Shown: positions 30,875-43,815 of the stretch, in pieces
Numbering within the stretch: position 1 is the first letter of the stretch
How the letters are laid out: every line of letters starts with the position of its first letter
From: Candidatus Eiseniibacteriota bacterium
GTDB taxonomy: Bacteria > Eisenbacteria > RBG-16-71-46 > SZUA-252
Assembly (NCBI GenBank): GCA_963703225.1
Contig: OY969801.1
Coordinates: 1,568,001 to 1,632,000 of the forward strand
Reading direction: 5' to 3'
DNA: 64,000 nucleotides
Notes under the pieces: model-generated
The model's input: the letters and a program-made list of their open reading frames with translations, nothing else
What the model was told of the DNA's origin: nothing
Database searches by the model: none
Made by a program: the position numbers and the translations under genes

Positions 30875-31969
30875 CTACCGCGGAACGATGGTGTAGGAGA
30901 AGCCTCGTTCGCGCCTGAGCCTCTCGCCCAGTGCGCGGGCCTCCTCCCTGGCGGCGAATGCGCCCGCGCGCACCCGGAAGACGGGCGGGATCTCGGACCC
31001 TTGCTTGACCGCGACGTCTCCCACGCCCGCGAGCTTGAGATCGCGGGCGAGCGTCTCCGCCAGGTCGCGGCGGCTGAACGCGCCCACCTGCACGGCGAAC
31101 CCGCCGCCCAGCGGGAACGGCGTCGCCGGCGGGGAGCCGACGCGGATGCCCCGATCCCGCGCGCGGGTGGCCTCATAGGAATGGGGGTACCGCACCATCA
31201 CCTGCCGGAAGACGCCGGCGGCGTCGCCGGCGCGGCCGACCGTCTCCAGGCTCACCGCCATCGCGTAGAGAGCTTGGGGCGCGTAGTCCCCCTTGGCGTG
31301 CCGTTCCAGGAGTCGCCGCAGCGCCTCGGTGGCCTCGGCAGGCTTGCTCGCCCGGATCGCGGCCTGGGAGATCGCGAAGAAGTACGCCTCTTCCTGGGGC
31401 GATCCGATGAGCTCCGCCTGGGCGGACCGGAGAAATTGGAGCGCGCCCGCCGCGTCGCCGCGCGCGAGCTGGGCCAGCCCGCGCTGGACGAGCGCCTTTC
31501 GACCAATGAAGTCCTTCTCGACTCCGGGACTGAACACGCTCAGGACGTTCTCCGTCTCCGCGTATTCCCCGCGGACATAGCGCGCGCTCCCCAGGGCGAG
31601 GGTCGCCTCGCGGCGGTGGCGTCCCTTGGGATAGGCCTTGAGATAATCCTCGAGCCCCGCCACGTGCGCGTTGCCGTCCTCGATGAGCATCGCCTTGAGG
31701 TACGCGTAGTCGTCTTCCTTCCCCTTCGGCACCCGCGCGACCGGCACCGCTTCAAAGAGCGGGCGGGATTCGTCGACCCGTCCTTGGGCCAAGGCGTCGA
31801 TGGCTTGCACGATCCGACGCTCCTCGGGCGAGGTCCGATCTGTTTCGGGCGTGGCCGGGTTCGATGGCGGGCTCGCGCCCCAGGACAGGGCCGCCGCGAG
31901 GAACAGTCCGACGATGCCGGAGAGGGCTCGCCTCATGAACGGCGGGACCAACTGAAGCAGCTGGGGCAT
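30875..31969 (-). CDS. Exported TPR + SPOR domain protein (CpoB/BamD-like TPRs)
   Basis: Signal peptide; TPR helices (YP.G/YP.S); C-terminal [19 protein letters not shown]. Confidence 0.8.
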   Translation of the reverse strand: MPQLLQLVPPFMRRALSGIVGLFLAAALSWGASPPSNPATPETDRTSPEERRIVQAIDALAQGRVDESRPLFEAVPVARVPKGKEDDYAYLKAMLIEDGNAHVAGLEDYLKAYPKGRHRREATLALGSARYVRGEYAETENVLSVFSPGVEKDFIGRKALVQRGLAQLARGDAAGALQFLRSAQAELIGSPQEEAYFFAISQAAIRASKPAEATEALRRLLERHAKGDYAPQALYAMAVSLETVGRAGDAAGVFRQVMVRYPHSYEATRARDRGIRVGSPPATPFPLGGGFAVQVGAFSRRDLAETLARDLKLAGVGDVAVKQGSEIPPVFRVRAGAFAAREEARALGERLRRERGFSYTIVPR

Positions 31970-33072
31970 CGCGACCAGTACTCCTCACTCTGCTCGCCGC
32001 AGGCCGAGCAAACGTAGACCTCACCCGATCCCATTCCCCGCATCAGCGACTCCATCTCGTCGAGAGCGCGCGACAGGTCGCCCCGACGGCGGTAGAGGTC
32101 CGCGGTGAGAAGGCGCGCGGGGACCGAGTCGGGCTCGATTTCGAGAGCTTCGTTCAGGATCCGCCCGGCGTCGCCCAGATCCCCCTTCTTGAGGTGCACG
32201 CGGGCAAGCGCGAGGTGGATCCGAACGTCCCTCGGGTTTCGGGCCAGCATCTCTTCGTATGCCTGCCCCACTTCGCCGAACCGCCCATTCTCAAAGTAAG
32301 AGGCTTCGAGCCGCTCCAGCACGAGGTGGGAGAACGCGGGATGCGCCTCGGCGAGCGCCTTCCAGAGGACCGTCGCGCGCTCCCCGCGATTCGATTCATA
32401 GTAAATGTCCCCGAGGCGAAGAAGCGCCGCCGGCTCGTCGCGACGCAGGCGGAGCGCCGACTTGAATTGGCGCTTCGCCTCCTCCAACTTTCCGTCGCGG
32501 AGGTAGATCTCGCCGATCGCGGCCCGATAGCGTGCCAACCCCTCCCCGTTTCGTTCGCCGAAGTTCTTGGCGATCTCGGCTCGGGCCTCGTAGGCCTGCT
32601 CCCAATCGCGAGCGGCCTCGTGCGCCCGTAACAGGAGCCGCAGGGCGCTCTCGTTCTTCCGGTCGAGCTCGTGGAGCTCTTTCGCCTCCTCGACCGCTTC
32701 GGCGGCTTTTCCCGCCGCGATGAGGTCGTAGACCAGCCCCTCCCGCACCGCCCGGTTCTGGCTCTGCGACTGCCCCGCGCGCACCAGGAGCTCGCGATGG
32801 ATATGGAGGGCCCGCGGCACCTCGCCCTGCTCCCGAAGCAGGTTGGCCAGGTGGATGTACGCATCGATGTTGTCGCTGTCGATACGGACACTCTCGGCGA
32901 ATGCCTGGAGGGCCTCTTCCCGGTGGCCCGCCAGGAGCGCGTCCAGCCCCTGCTGGTAGGGCGTCTCCGGCTTCTCGGTCTGCCCCGCCGCGTCGCGGGA
33001 GAGAGCCCACGCCGCGTAGCCGACCGCGGCGAGGAGCCCGCCCACGAGCAGGACGGTGATGAAATCGCTCAT
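31933..33072 (-). CDS. lapB: Lipopolysaccharide assembly protein B (TPR + rubredoxin-like)
   Basis: N-terminal TM; Y.QGL..LL, GEV.RAL.IH; C-terminal CSACG..WSRCPSC. Confidence 0.85.
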   Translation of the reverse strand: MSDFITVLLVGGLLAAVGYAAWALSRDAAGQTEKPETPYQQGLDALLAGHREEALQAFAESVRIDSDNIDAYIHLANLLREQGEVPRALHIHRELLVRAGQSQSQNRAVREGLVYDLIAAGKAAEAVEEAKELHELDRKNESALRLLLRAHEAARDWEQAYEARAEIAKNFGERNGEGLARYRAAIGEIYLRDGKLEEAKRQFKSALRLRRDEPAALLRLGDIYYESNRGERATVLWKALAEAHPAFSHLVLERLEASYFENGRFGEVGQAYEEMLARNPRDVRIHLALARVHLKKGDLGDAGRILNEALEIEPDSVPARLLTADLYRRRGDLSRALDEMESLMRGMGSGEVYVCSACGEQSEEYWSRCPSCFSWSRRS

Positions 33073-33398
33073 CCCTTCCGCGCCTCGACCGTGCCCCCGA
33101 GCCGCAAATCTTCGAGCGGGAGGTTGCGGAGCTGGCTCAGCTCCCGCTTCAGATCCTGGTTCTCGCGGCTCACGCGGCCCATGGCCGAGCGAACCCTGAG
33201 CTGGTGGAAGAGCGTGAGGACGAAGGCGCAGAACATCCCGATGATGAACGTGACGAAGACGACCAGAACCAGCGGCGCCTGCGCGTAGTGCCTACCGGCG
33301 AGATGAAGGCTGGAGACCGTCTCGTTCCGGTTCTCGAAACCGAACCATCCCGCGACGGCGAAGATGAGGAGCCAACCCGCGTTCTTCAGTAACCACAT
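33069..33398 (-). CDS. lapA: LapA family membrane protein
   Basis: TM-F..EN-TM plus coiled coil ending LRNLP; between rpsA and lapB. Confidence 0.8.
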   Translation of the reverse strand: MWLLKNAGWLLIFAVAGWFGFENRNETVSSLHLAGRHYAQAPLVLVVFVTFIIGMFCAFVLTLFHQLRVRSAMGRVSRENQDLKRELSQLRNLPLEDLRLGGTVEARKG

Positions 33399-33487
33399 GA
33401 CGGTCCCTCCGTGGGGCGTGAGGAGTCGTCCACCGGCCGCGCGTGAGGATAGCCAACGCCATCCGGCCGATCAACAGCTCCCCGTCC

Positions 33488-33529
33488 AAAGCGAAACCCG
33501 AGGGGCTCGGGTGCGCCCCTCGGGTTCGC
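33488..33529 (-). terminator. Terminator-like hairpin after rpsA
   Basis: 12-bp inverted repeat AACCCGAGGGGC/GCCCCTCGGGTT. Confidence 0.55.
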
Positions 33530-33555
33530 GGGTTTCTTGCTCTGGCGTCCCGCGG

Positions 33556-35419
<1,864 letters not shown>

Positions 35420-35479
35420 TCTGTCGAGTTTCCCCCTGTTTCTATGAAATTCGGCCTGGAGCGGCCGGTGGTGCCTCGG

Positions 35480-36343
35480 TTATGCGCCCGTCGCCTCGGG
35501 CTCGACTTGGGCGATTCGGTCGACGACTTCGGCGATCACCTCGTCGGGGGTCGACGCGCCGGCCGACACGCCGATGACGCGAAGCCCTTCGAACCAATGC
35601 TCGTCGATTTCGTCCGCCGATTCGATCTGATGAACCCGGGGATTCACCCGTCGGCAGACCTCCGCGAGCTGCGCGGTGTTCGCGCTCTGGCGTCCGCCGA
35701 CGATCACCATCGCGTCGACCTCCGGCGCCAGCTCCACGGCCGTCTTCTGCATGGAGGTGGTGGCGCCGCAGAGCGTGTTGAAGACCCGCACTTCCTTCCC
35801 CCGTTTCAGGAGGGCCCCCACGATTTCCTGCACGTGCCCGATCGAGTGGGTCGTCTGAAAGACCACGCCCATGCGCGGGATGAACTTGAGCGCCTCGGCT
35901 TCCGCGACGGTGTTGATCACGATCGCCTTCTGGTTTGTGTAGGCCACGACGCCGATCACTTCGGGGTGGCTCTTGTCGCCGATCATCACGACCTTGTAGT
36001 TCTCCTCGATCAACTTGGCGGCGTATTGCTGCGCCTTGGTCACGAACGGGCAGGTGGTGTCTACCACCTTGAGCCCTCGCCGCGCCGCGCCGTCGATGAC
36101 CGACGGGCCGACACCGTGAGAGCGGATGATGACGGTCGAATCCTCGTCGATCTCTTCCATCTCCTTCACGACCTCCAGGCCGCGTCGACGGAACGCGTCC
36201 ACGACTTGGGGGTTGTGGATGAGGGGACCGAGGGCCGTCACGTTCCCGGGCTCCCGGTCGATCGCCTCGTTTGCCATCTTGATGGCCCGCTTCACGCCAA
36301 AACAGAAGCCGGCGTTGTCGGCGACGATCACTTCCATCGGCAT
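35480..36343 (-). CDS. ispH: 4-hydroxy-3-methylbut-2-enyl diphosphate reductase
   Basis: AGFCFGVKRA, IHNP, RSHG, DTTCPFV, HPEV, NTLC, SANT, AGASTP. Confidence 0.96.
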   Translation of the reverse strand: MPMEVIVADNAGFCFGVKRAIKMANEAIDREPGNVTALGPLIHNPQVVDAFRRRGLEVVKEMEEIDEDSTVIIRSHGVGPSVIDGAARRGLKVVDTTCPFVTKAQQYAAKLIEENYKVVMIGDKSHPEVIGVVAYTNQKAIVINTVAEAEALKFIPRMGVVFQTTHSIGHVQEIVGALLKRGKEVRVFNTLCGATTSMQKTAVELAPEVDAMVIVGGRQSANTAQLAEVCRRVNPRVHQIESADEIDEHWFEGLRVIGVSAGASTPDEVIAEVVDRIAQVEPEATGA

Positions 36344-36353
36344 CTCTCCATGA

Positions 36354-37637
36354 TCAGGGCTTCTCCCGTTCACCCGGGATCGCCGCGATGGCGTCCATGA
36401 CCCGCCGCGCGAACACGCTCCCGTCCTCCCGGCTCCCCGCCGCCCCCACCGGAGGCATCAACGGCGAGCCGAACCTCAATCGAATTACAACCTGCCGCAG
36501 CATGGAGCGGCGGATCTGGTTGGAACCTGAGATGCGGGCGGGCACGACCGGGGCGCGGGAAACAGCCGCCAAGTGCGCGATTCCACTCCGAGGCGGCAGA
36601 AGGGACCCGCTCTTGCTGCGCGTGCCCTCAGGGAAGATGAGGACCGCGCCCCCGCGATCCAGAACCCCTTCGGCACCGCGCAACGCCGACCGTGCCTGGG
36701 GCCCCCGCTGGATCGGGATGCAATTATAGGCGGTTAGCATCGCTCCGAAAACCCTATTCTCGAATAATTCCGCCTTGGCCAGGTAGTGGAGCGTCCGGTT
36801 GACCCACGCCCCGACCAGGGGAGGGTCCCAGAAAGAGATGTGATTGCAGGCCAGGATCACCGGTCCCTTTCGAGGGATATACTCCCGGCCCTCCACCCGA
36901 TAGCGCAGAAACAGCCGGGCGAAGTTCACCACCACCTCCCGGCTCAAGGCGTGGAAGAGGGTCATCCGCCCCGGGCCGAGCCGGGCCAGCTCCGCCCAGT
37001 GGGCCGCGAGGTCCACCTGCTCTTCCAAGGAGAGGTGGGTGGTATCGAGCGGAAAGGCGTCCGGGGCCGCCACGAGCGGGCTCGTCTCGCGCGCACTGTC
37101 CCTCTGGTCCCGCTCCCTTATGGCAGCCTCGATCGCGGAGAGGTCGGCGGGATCGCCCCGGGCCCTCAACTCCTCAAAGCGCCGCTTGGCACGGGCTTCC
37201 ACCGATGCGGTGAGAAACATCTTGAGGTCAGCCCGCGGGAAAACGACGGTTCCGATGTCGCGCCCTTCCATCACGATTCCCGGAGGCCTCGCGAGGCCCC
37301 GTTGGAGCTTCACCAGGCGTCGGCGGAGCCCGGGATGGACCGCGACCCGCGAGGCCGCGTCCCCGACCTCGGCATTCCGGATGTGGTGCTCGACGGGTTC
37401 CCCGCCGATCTTGAGCCCATCCCGGCCCGCCCACTGCCAGCGGAGCACGTCGAGAACTCGGAGGAGCTCCGGCTCCGAGTCGAGCGAGACGCCGTGAGCC
37501 GTCGCCACCCAGGCGACGGCCCGATACATCGCTCCCGAGTCGACGTGGGTGAGACCGAGCCGGGCCGCTACCCCCCGGGCGGTCGCGCTCTTCCCCGCCC
37601 CCGCCGGTCCGTCGATGGCGACGACGAATGGCTTCAA
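36354..37637 (-). CDS. cmk: Cytidylate kinase fused to 1-acyl-sn-glycerol-3-phosphate acyltransferase (Cmk-PlsC)
   Basis: IDGPAGAGKS, DSGAMYR, EGRDIGTVVFP followed in frame by NHISFWD, FPEGTRS; TTG start overlaps aroA stop. Confidence 0.88.
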   Translation of the reverse strand: MKPFVVAIDGPAGAGKSATARGVAARLGLTHVDSGAMYRAVAWVATAHGVSLDSEPELLRVLDVLRWQWAGRDGLKIGGEPVEHHIRNAEVGDAASRVAVHPGLRRRLVKLQRGLARPPGIVMEGRDIGTVVFPRADLKMFLTASVEARAKRRFEELRARGDPADLSAIEAAIRERDQRDSARETSPLVAAPDAFPLDTTHLSLEEQVDLAAHWAELARLGPGRMTLFHALSREVVVNFARLFLRYRVEGREYIPRKGPVILACNHISFWDPPLVGAWVNRTLHYLAKAELFENRVFGAMLTAYNCIPIQRGPQARSALRGAEGVLDRGGAVLIFPEGTRSKSGSLLPPRSGIAHLAAVSRAPVVPARISGSNQIRRSMLRQVVIRLRFGSPLMPPVGAAGSREDGSVFARRVMDAIAAIPGEREKP

Positions 37638-38910
37638 CGCGAGACCCGTCGCAGCCGCGTCAGAAATCCGGGATCCGAAACGCTGGCCGCGTCGGCGCCG
37701 ATTACCGTCACGCCTTGCTTGGCCCTGAGGCCGGCGACCAGGAAGGCCATTGCGATCCGGTGATCGTGGCGCGCCTCCACGGTCCCGCCTCGGACCGTGG
37801 GGCTGCCCTGAATCGTCCACCCGTCCTCGTGCTCCTCGACGGAGACGCCGATCGCCCGGAGCCCGGCGGCGACCGCGGCGATGCGATCGGACTCCTTGAC
37901 CCGGAGCTCCCCCGCCCCGCGGATCGTGCTCTCCCCCGACGCGAACGCCGCCAAGACGGCGACCAGGGGAAGCTCATCGATGAGACCCCCTGCCTCCTCC
38001 GCGCCCACGCGAAACGGCGCGAGCGTCCCCGAGCGGATTCGGAAATCCGCGACCGGCTCGTTCTCGAAGGAGCGGTCGGCCCCCGTTTCCAGGCGGGCGC
38101 CTGCCGCGATGAGGAGATCCAGGAACGCCCGGCGCGTCGGGTTGACTCCAACGTCGGTGATCGTCAGATCGGACCGCGGAACGAGCGCGGCGGCGGCGAG
38201 GAGAAACGCGGCCGCCGAGAGATCGCCTGGCACGCGGATTTCGGCCGCCCGGAGCGCCGCGGGCCCTTCCACGATCGCCTTCGTCCCCGAGCGCTCGATC
38301 GCCGCGCCAAAGAGGGGCAACATCCGCTCGGTGTGGTCTCTCGTCGGCGCGGGCTCCTCGACCACGGTCCGGCCCTCCGCCTGGATGGCGGCGAGCAGCA
38401 CCGCGCTCTTCACCTGCGCGCTGGCGACCGGAGTCCGGATCTCGGCGCCTCGAAGAGCGCGACCGCGGATGGCGACGGGAGGGTAGTGGTCCTCCCCCCG
38501 CGCCGTGATCTCGGCGCCGAGGCGCCGGAGCGGCTCGATGACCCGCCTCACCGGTCGATTTCGGAGGGAGCCGTCCCCGGTCAAGACCGAGAAGAAGGGC
38601 TGCGCCGCCAGGAGCCCCATCGAGAGCCGGAGCGCGGTCCCCGAATTTCGCGCGTCGAGGATCCGATCGCTCTCGATGAGGGACCCGCCTTCGATCGTCC
38701 ACTCGTCCTCGGTCCGATGCCGGACTTTGGCGCCGATGGCTCGCGCGATGCCGAGCGCCGCCCGCGCATCGGCTCCGTCGTTGCCTCGATGGATCCGGGT
38801 TTCGCCCCGGGCCAACGCGCCCAGGAGGACGGCGCGCTGCGTGATGGACTTGTCTCCCGGCACTCGACAAGCGCCCTTGAGGGGTTTTCCCGGCCGGACC
38901 GTCGCGCGGG

Positions 38911-38914
<4 letters not shown>
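37634..38914 (-). CDS. aroA: 3-phosphoshikimate 1-carboxyvinyltransferase
   Basis: PGDKSI, NSGT, ASAQVKS, RDHTE, ELRVKESDR, DHRIAM. Confidence 0.96.
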
Positions 38915-40011
<1,097 letters not shown>

Positions 40012-40040
40012 CCGGTTTTTCTCCGTGCGAATCGAAAAGG

Positions 40041-40784
40041 TCACCGCAGTCTAGCACCGTGGGGCCGAACGCGGAAAGCCTCCGCCTGGAGCGCCTTCAC
40101 CTCGGCGTGATCGAGAGCGCGAAGCCCGCCGGCGCGAAGCGTTCCGAGGTGCACGGGGCCGAACTGGATCCGGACGAGCCGCTCCACCTCGAGGCCCGCC
40201 GCCCGCGCGAGCAGGCGAACCTCGCGCTTCTTCCCCTCCGCCAGATCGATGAGGAGGACGCCGCGCCCCTCGCGCGCGCCCTCGAGGACGACGCGCAGCG
40301 GCGCGACCCGTTCTCCTTCGACGTGTGATCCCGTCGTCAGGTTGCGGAGCGCCGCCGGCGTGGGAATGGGCCGGACCCAGACGCGATACCGCCTCAAGAG
40401 ACCGGTTCGGGGATGAAGGAGCGCCTCGGAGAGCGCGCCGTCGTCGGTGAGCAGGAGCAGACCTTCGGAATCGAGGTCGAGCCGTCCCACCGCGTGGAGC
40501 CCGTGCGCCCGGTCCCCCAGCACGTCGAAGATCGTCTGTCGCCCCCCCTGACCTCGCCGGCTTACGAGGAGGCCACGCCGCTTGTGGTAGGCGAGATAGC
40601 GGTGTTCGCGAGGGAGTTCGACCGATGTTCCGTCGAGGGTGACGCGATCCTCGCCGGGCCGGACCGAGATCCCGATCGATTGCGGCGGCGCGCCGTTGAC
40701 CTGCACGCGGCCCTCTTGGATCCAGCCGTCCGCTTCGCGGCGGGAGCCACCCGCCGCCCGCGCGAGGAAGAGATTAAGTCGCAC
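40041..40784 (-). CDS. rluB: S4-domain pseudouridine synthase (RluB/RsuA family)
   Basis: RLNLFLA..SRREAD S4 domain; VGRLDLDSEGLLLLTDDG; EGKKREVR; follows scpB. Confidence 0.88.
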   Translation of the reverse strand: MRLNLFLARAAGGSRREADGWIQEGRVQVNGAPPQSIGISVRPGEDRVTLDGTSVELPREHRYLAYHKRRGLLVSRRGQGGRQTIFDVLGDRAHGLHAVGRLDLDSEGLLLLTDDGALSEALLHPRTGLLRRYRVWVRPIPTPAALRNLTTGSHVEGERVAPLRVVLEGAREGRGVLLIDLAEGKKREVRLLARAAGLEVERLVRIQFGPVHLGTLRAGGLRALDHAEVKALQAEAFRVRPHGARLR

Positions 40785-41343
40785 CCTCGAGCTCGATCTC
40801 CTCCTGGGCCCGCTCGCGGTCTTCCAAGACGTTGCCCAATTCCTTGAGCTCCGGAAGATCGGTGAGCTCGTTGATCCCCATGTACGAGAGGAACTCGGGG
40901 GCCGTGGAATATAGGAGCGGCCTGCCGACACCCTTGGAGCGCCCCTTGATCAGCACCAGGCTTCGCTCGAGGAGCGTGTGGAGGGATCCACCGGAATCAA
41001 CGCCGCGGATGGAATCGATCTCCACCTTGGTGATCGGCTGCTTGTAGGCCACGATGGCCAGCGTTTCCAGGCCGGCCCGCGAGAGCCTGACCTTTCGCCG
41101 CGAGCGGAGCATCTGCTCGATCCACGGCGAGCAATCCTTTCGGGAGAGAATCTGGTATCCCCCCGCGATCTCGGCAATCACAACCCCGCGCTCGCCCGTC
41201 TCGAAATCGTTCCCCAGCTGGCGAAGGATCTCCACGACCTCATCCGGTCCCGGGCCGTCCAGCACCTCGACCAGGGTCGAGAGCCCGACCGGTGAATCGC
41301 TCGCGAACAGCAGCGCCTCCACGATCTGCTTCTGCGTCGGCAT
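40774..41343 (-). CDS. scpB: Segregation and condensation protein B
   Basis: EALLFAS, LSRAGLETLAIVAYKQPIT, IRGV, GRPLLY. Confidence 0.95.
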   Translation of the reverse strand: MPTQKQIVEALLFASDSPVGLSTLVEVLDGPGPDEVVEILRQLGNDFETGERGVVIAEIAGGYQILSRKDCSPWIEQMLRSRRKVRLSRAGLETLAIVAYKQPITKVEIDSIRGVDSGGSLHTLLERSLVLIKGRSKGVGRPLLYSTAPEFLSYMGINELTDLPELKELGNVLEDRERAQEEIELEGAT

Positions 41344-42137
41344 CAGGCGGTCTCCTCTTCCACGACGACCGGGGCCAAAACGGCGTCCCCCAGCCAGCGG
41401 ATCCAAATCGGGCCAAACAGCGATTCCTGGGCCGCCGCGACGGTTCCCTGCTTCAAGAGCTCGAGCAGCCCCAGAAACGCAGTGATCTTCTCCAGTCGGG
41501 TGACGAATCGTTCCAGCAGCTCCTCGAAGAGCACGCGGGGGGTCGAGAGCAGCTGCCCCCGCATCATGCCGATCGCCTCTTCCAGGCTCAACGGCTCGGC
41601 GTTGACGGTGTGGACGATGGGTGGGGCCTGGCGCGAAAGAACGGCCTTGAGCGCGTCCATCAGGCGAAACAGGCTCACCGGGAGCAGCTCCCGCGACTCC
41701 GGATCCTCGAGCTGCGCCGGCGAGCCCCGCTCGAAGAGAAGCCTCCGTTCGGTCTCGAGCCGTCCCAAATCCTGGGCCGCCTCCTTGAACCGGCTGTATT
41801 CCAATAGTTGGCGGACGAGGCCCTTCCTCGGATCCTCCTCCTCCTCTTCCGTCACGGCCGGCGGCAGGAGCATCCGGGCTTTGATCCGCATCAGGGTCGC
41901 CGCCATCACCAAGAACTCGCCGGCCACCTCCAGATCGAGCTCGCGCATCAGCTCGAGGGTCTCCAAGTACTGGCGGGTGATCTTGGCGATCGGGATGTCG
42001 GTGATCTCCAGCTCATCCTGCTGGATCAGGTGGAGCAGGAGATCGAGCGGGCCCTCGAAGACCGGGATCTGGACCCGGATCGGCGAGTGTCCCTCGGAAA
42101 CCTCCGCGCCCGATTCGTGGCTGGTGGGGTCGGTCAT
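41343..42137 (-). CDS. scpA: Segregation and condensation protein A
   Basis: FEGPLDLLLHLI, EFLVMAATL..IKARMLLP, FLGLLEL. Confidence 0.95.
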   Translation of the reverse strand: MTDPTSHESGAEVSEGHSPIRVQIPVFEGPLDLLLHLIQQDELEITDIPIAKITRQYLETLELMRELDLEVAGEFLVMAATLMRIKARMLLPPAVTEEEEEDPRKGLVRQLLEYSRFKEAAQDLGRLETERRLLFERGSPAQLEDPESRELLPVSLFRLMDALKAVLSRQAPPIVHTVNAEPLSLEEAIGMMRGQLLSTPRVLFEELLERFVTRLEKITAFLGLLELLKQGTVAAAQESLFGPIWIRWLGDAVLAPVVVEEETA

Positions 42138-43132
42138 GGCAGCCTCATCGCTTCCCGTACCTCGCGCATCGTCTGCTCCGCGATGGCGCGCGCCTTCTCC
42201 TCGCCGTAGCGAAGCGCCTCCAGGACCTTCTCGGGCTTCGACTCCAGCTCCCTCCGGCGCTCCCGGAACGGCGCCAGCCTGTCCGCGAGGATGCGCGAGA
42301 GATCCTTCTTGTCGGCCACGCACCCCAGCTTCCCCGCGCGGCAGAGCGCGTCGATGTGAGGGGCGTGCTCGGCGTTGAAGGCTCGATGATAAGCGAAGAC
42401 GACGCATCCGTCCGGATTTCCGGGGTCGTTGACGCGGAGCTTCTTCGGATCGGTGTAGGAGGTTCGTATCTTCGCCTCGATCTCCTCCGGCGTGTCGGAG
42501 AGGAGCACCGTGTTGCCCAGCGATTTGCTCATCCGCTTGCCGTCGAGGCCCGGGAGGCGCGGGAAGTGGGTCAGCTTGGCCTCCGGCACGGGAAACACCT
42601 CGCCGTAGAGCGCGTTGAATTTCCGGGCGATCTCCCGGGTCACCTCCACGTGCGGCACCTGATCCTCGCCGACGGGCACGAGGTTGGCCTTGTAGAGGAG
42701 GATGTCCGCGGCCTGGAGGACCGGGTAGCCCAGGTGGCCGTAGCTCATGGTCTGCTCGAGGTGCAGGTCGCGAACCTGTTCCTTGACCGTGGGGTTTCGC
42801 TCGAGGCGGCTGGTCGTCACGAGCATCGAGAAGAGCAGGTGAAGCTCGGCGTGCTCCTTCACCCGCGACTGGATGAAGACTGGGCTGCGCTCCGGATCGA
42901 TGCCGGCCGCCAGCCAGTCCGTCACCATCTCGATCGTGTTCGGAGCGATCTGCGCGACGTTCTCGTAGTCGGTCGTCAGCGCGTGCCAGTCCGCGACCAT
43001 GTGGAAGTTCTCGGACGAGTCCTGGAGCGCGACCCAATTCTGAAGCGCCCCCAGGTAGTTCCCGAGGTGGAGCTTCCCGGTCGGCCGCATGCCGCTCAGG
43101 ATTCGCGGCCGCTTCGGGGCAGCCGCGGTCAC
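42134..43132 (-). CDS. trpS: Tryptophan--tRNA ligase
   Basis: SGMRPTGKLHLGNY, YPVLQAADIL, VPVGEDQ, RMSKS. Confidence 0.96.
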   Translation of the reverse strand: MTAAAPKRPRILSGMRPTGKLHLGNYLGALQNWVALQDSSENFHMVADWHALTTDYENVAQIAPNTIEMVTDWLAAGIDPERSPVFIQSRVKEHAELHLLFSMLVTTSRLERNPTVKEQVRDLHLEQTMSYGHLGYPVLQAADILLYKANLVPVGEDQVPHVEVTREIARKFNALYGEVFPVPEAKLTHFPRLPGLDGKRMSKSLGNTVLLSDTPEEIEAKIRTSYTDPKKLRVNDPGNPDGCVVFAYHRAFNAEHAPHIDALCRAGKLGCVADKKDLSRILADRLAPFRERRRELESKPEKVLEALRYGEEKARAIAEQTMREVREAMRLP

Positions 43133-43773
43133 AGAATCCCGCCGGTGAAGAGGCTCCCGACGCGGCTGACAAACGGGCCCACGAGCATCCCGATCAAGCT
43201 CACGCCGGTGAGCGAACCGATCAGGATCAATCCCAAGAGCAAGAACGGCCCGACCGGCTCCAGCGCTTGAAAGCGCGCGGCCGCGATCGGGTTCAAGAGA
43301 CCGGTGAGCACCTTGGACCCATCCAGCGGGAATATCGGGATCATGTTGAAAATCGCCAAGCTCAGATTGAGCACGACGCTCCACATCACCATCCGGACCA
43401 ATGCGGTCTCCACGCGGCCGGAAAAGCTGTGCCCCGAGGCGTCCAGCCCCCGCAAGATCATCCCGAACAGGAACGCCAGGATGATGTTGGACACGGGCCC
43501 CGCGAGGGCGATCCACATCATGTCCCGTCTCGGATGTTTCAGGTAACGAACGTCGACGGGAATCGGCTTGGCCCACCCGATGTGCGGCGGGAAGAAAAAC
43601 ACGATGCATCCGAGTGGATCGAGGTGCGCGAGCGGATTCAGGGTGAGGCGGCCCATCAGCTTTGCCGTCGGATCGCCAAGCCGGAGCGCCGCGAGCCCGT
43701 GGCAAAGTTCATGAACCGTGAGCGCGAACAGGAGCGGGGGAAACAGCAGGACGAAATTGACCGGGTCACTCAC
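43129..43773 (-). CDS. Site-2 protease (M50 family)
   Basis: HELCH, TLNPLAHLD, AGPVSN, NMIPIFPLDG. Confidence 0.93.
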   Translation of the reverse strand: MSDPVNFVLLFPPLLFALTVHELCHGLAALRLGDPTAKLMGRLTLNPLAHLDPLGCIVFFFPPHIGWAKPIPVDVRYLKHPRRDMMWIALAGPVSNIILAFLFGMILRGLDASGHSFSGRVETALVRMVMWSVVLNLSLAIFNMIPIFPLDGSKVLTGLLNPIAAARFQALEPVGPFLLLGLILIGSLTGVSLIGMLVGPFVSRVGSLFTGGIL

Positions 43774-43815
43774 GAGCCCGTTCCCTCTCCAGCCGGCCGC
43801 GTCCCGCGGCCGGCG

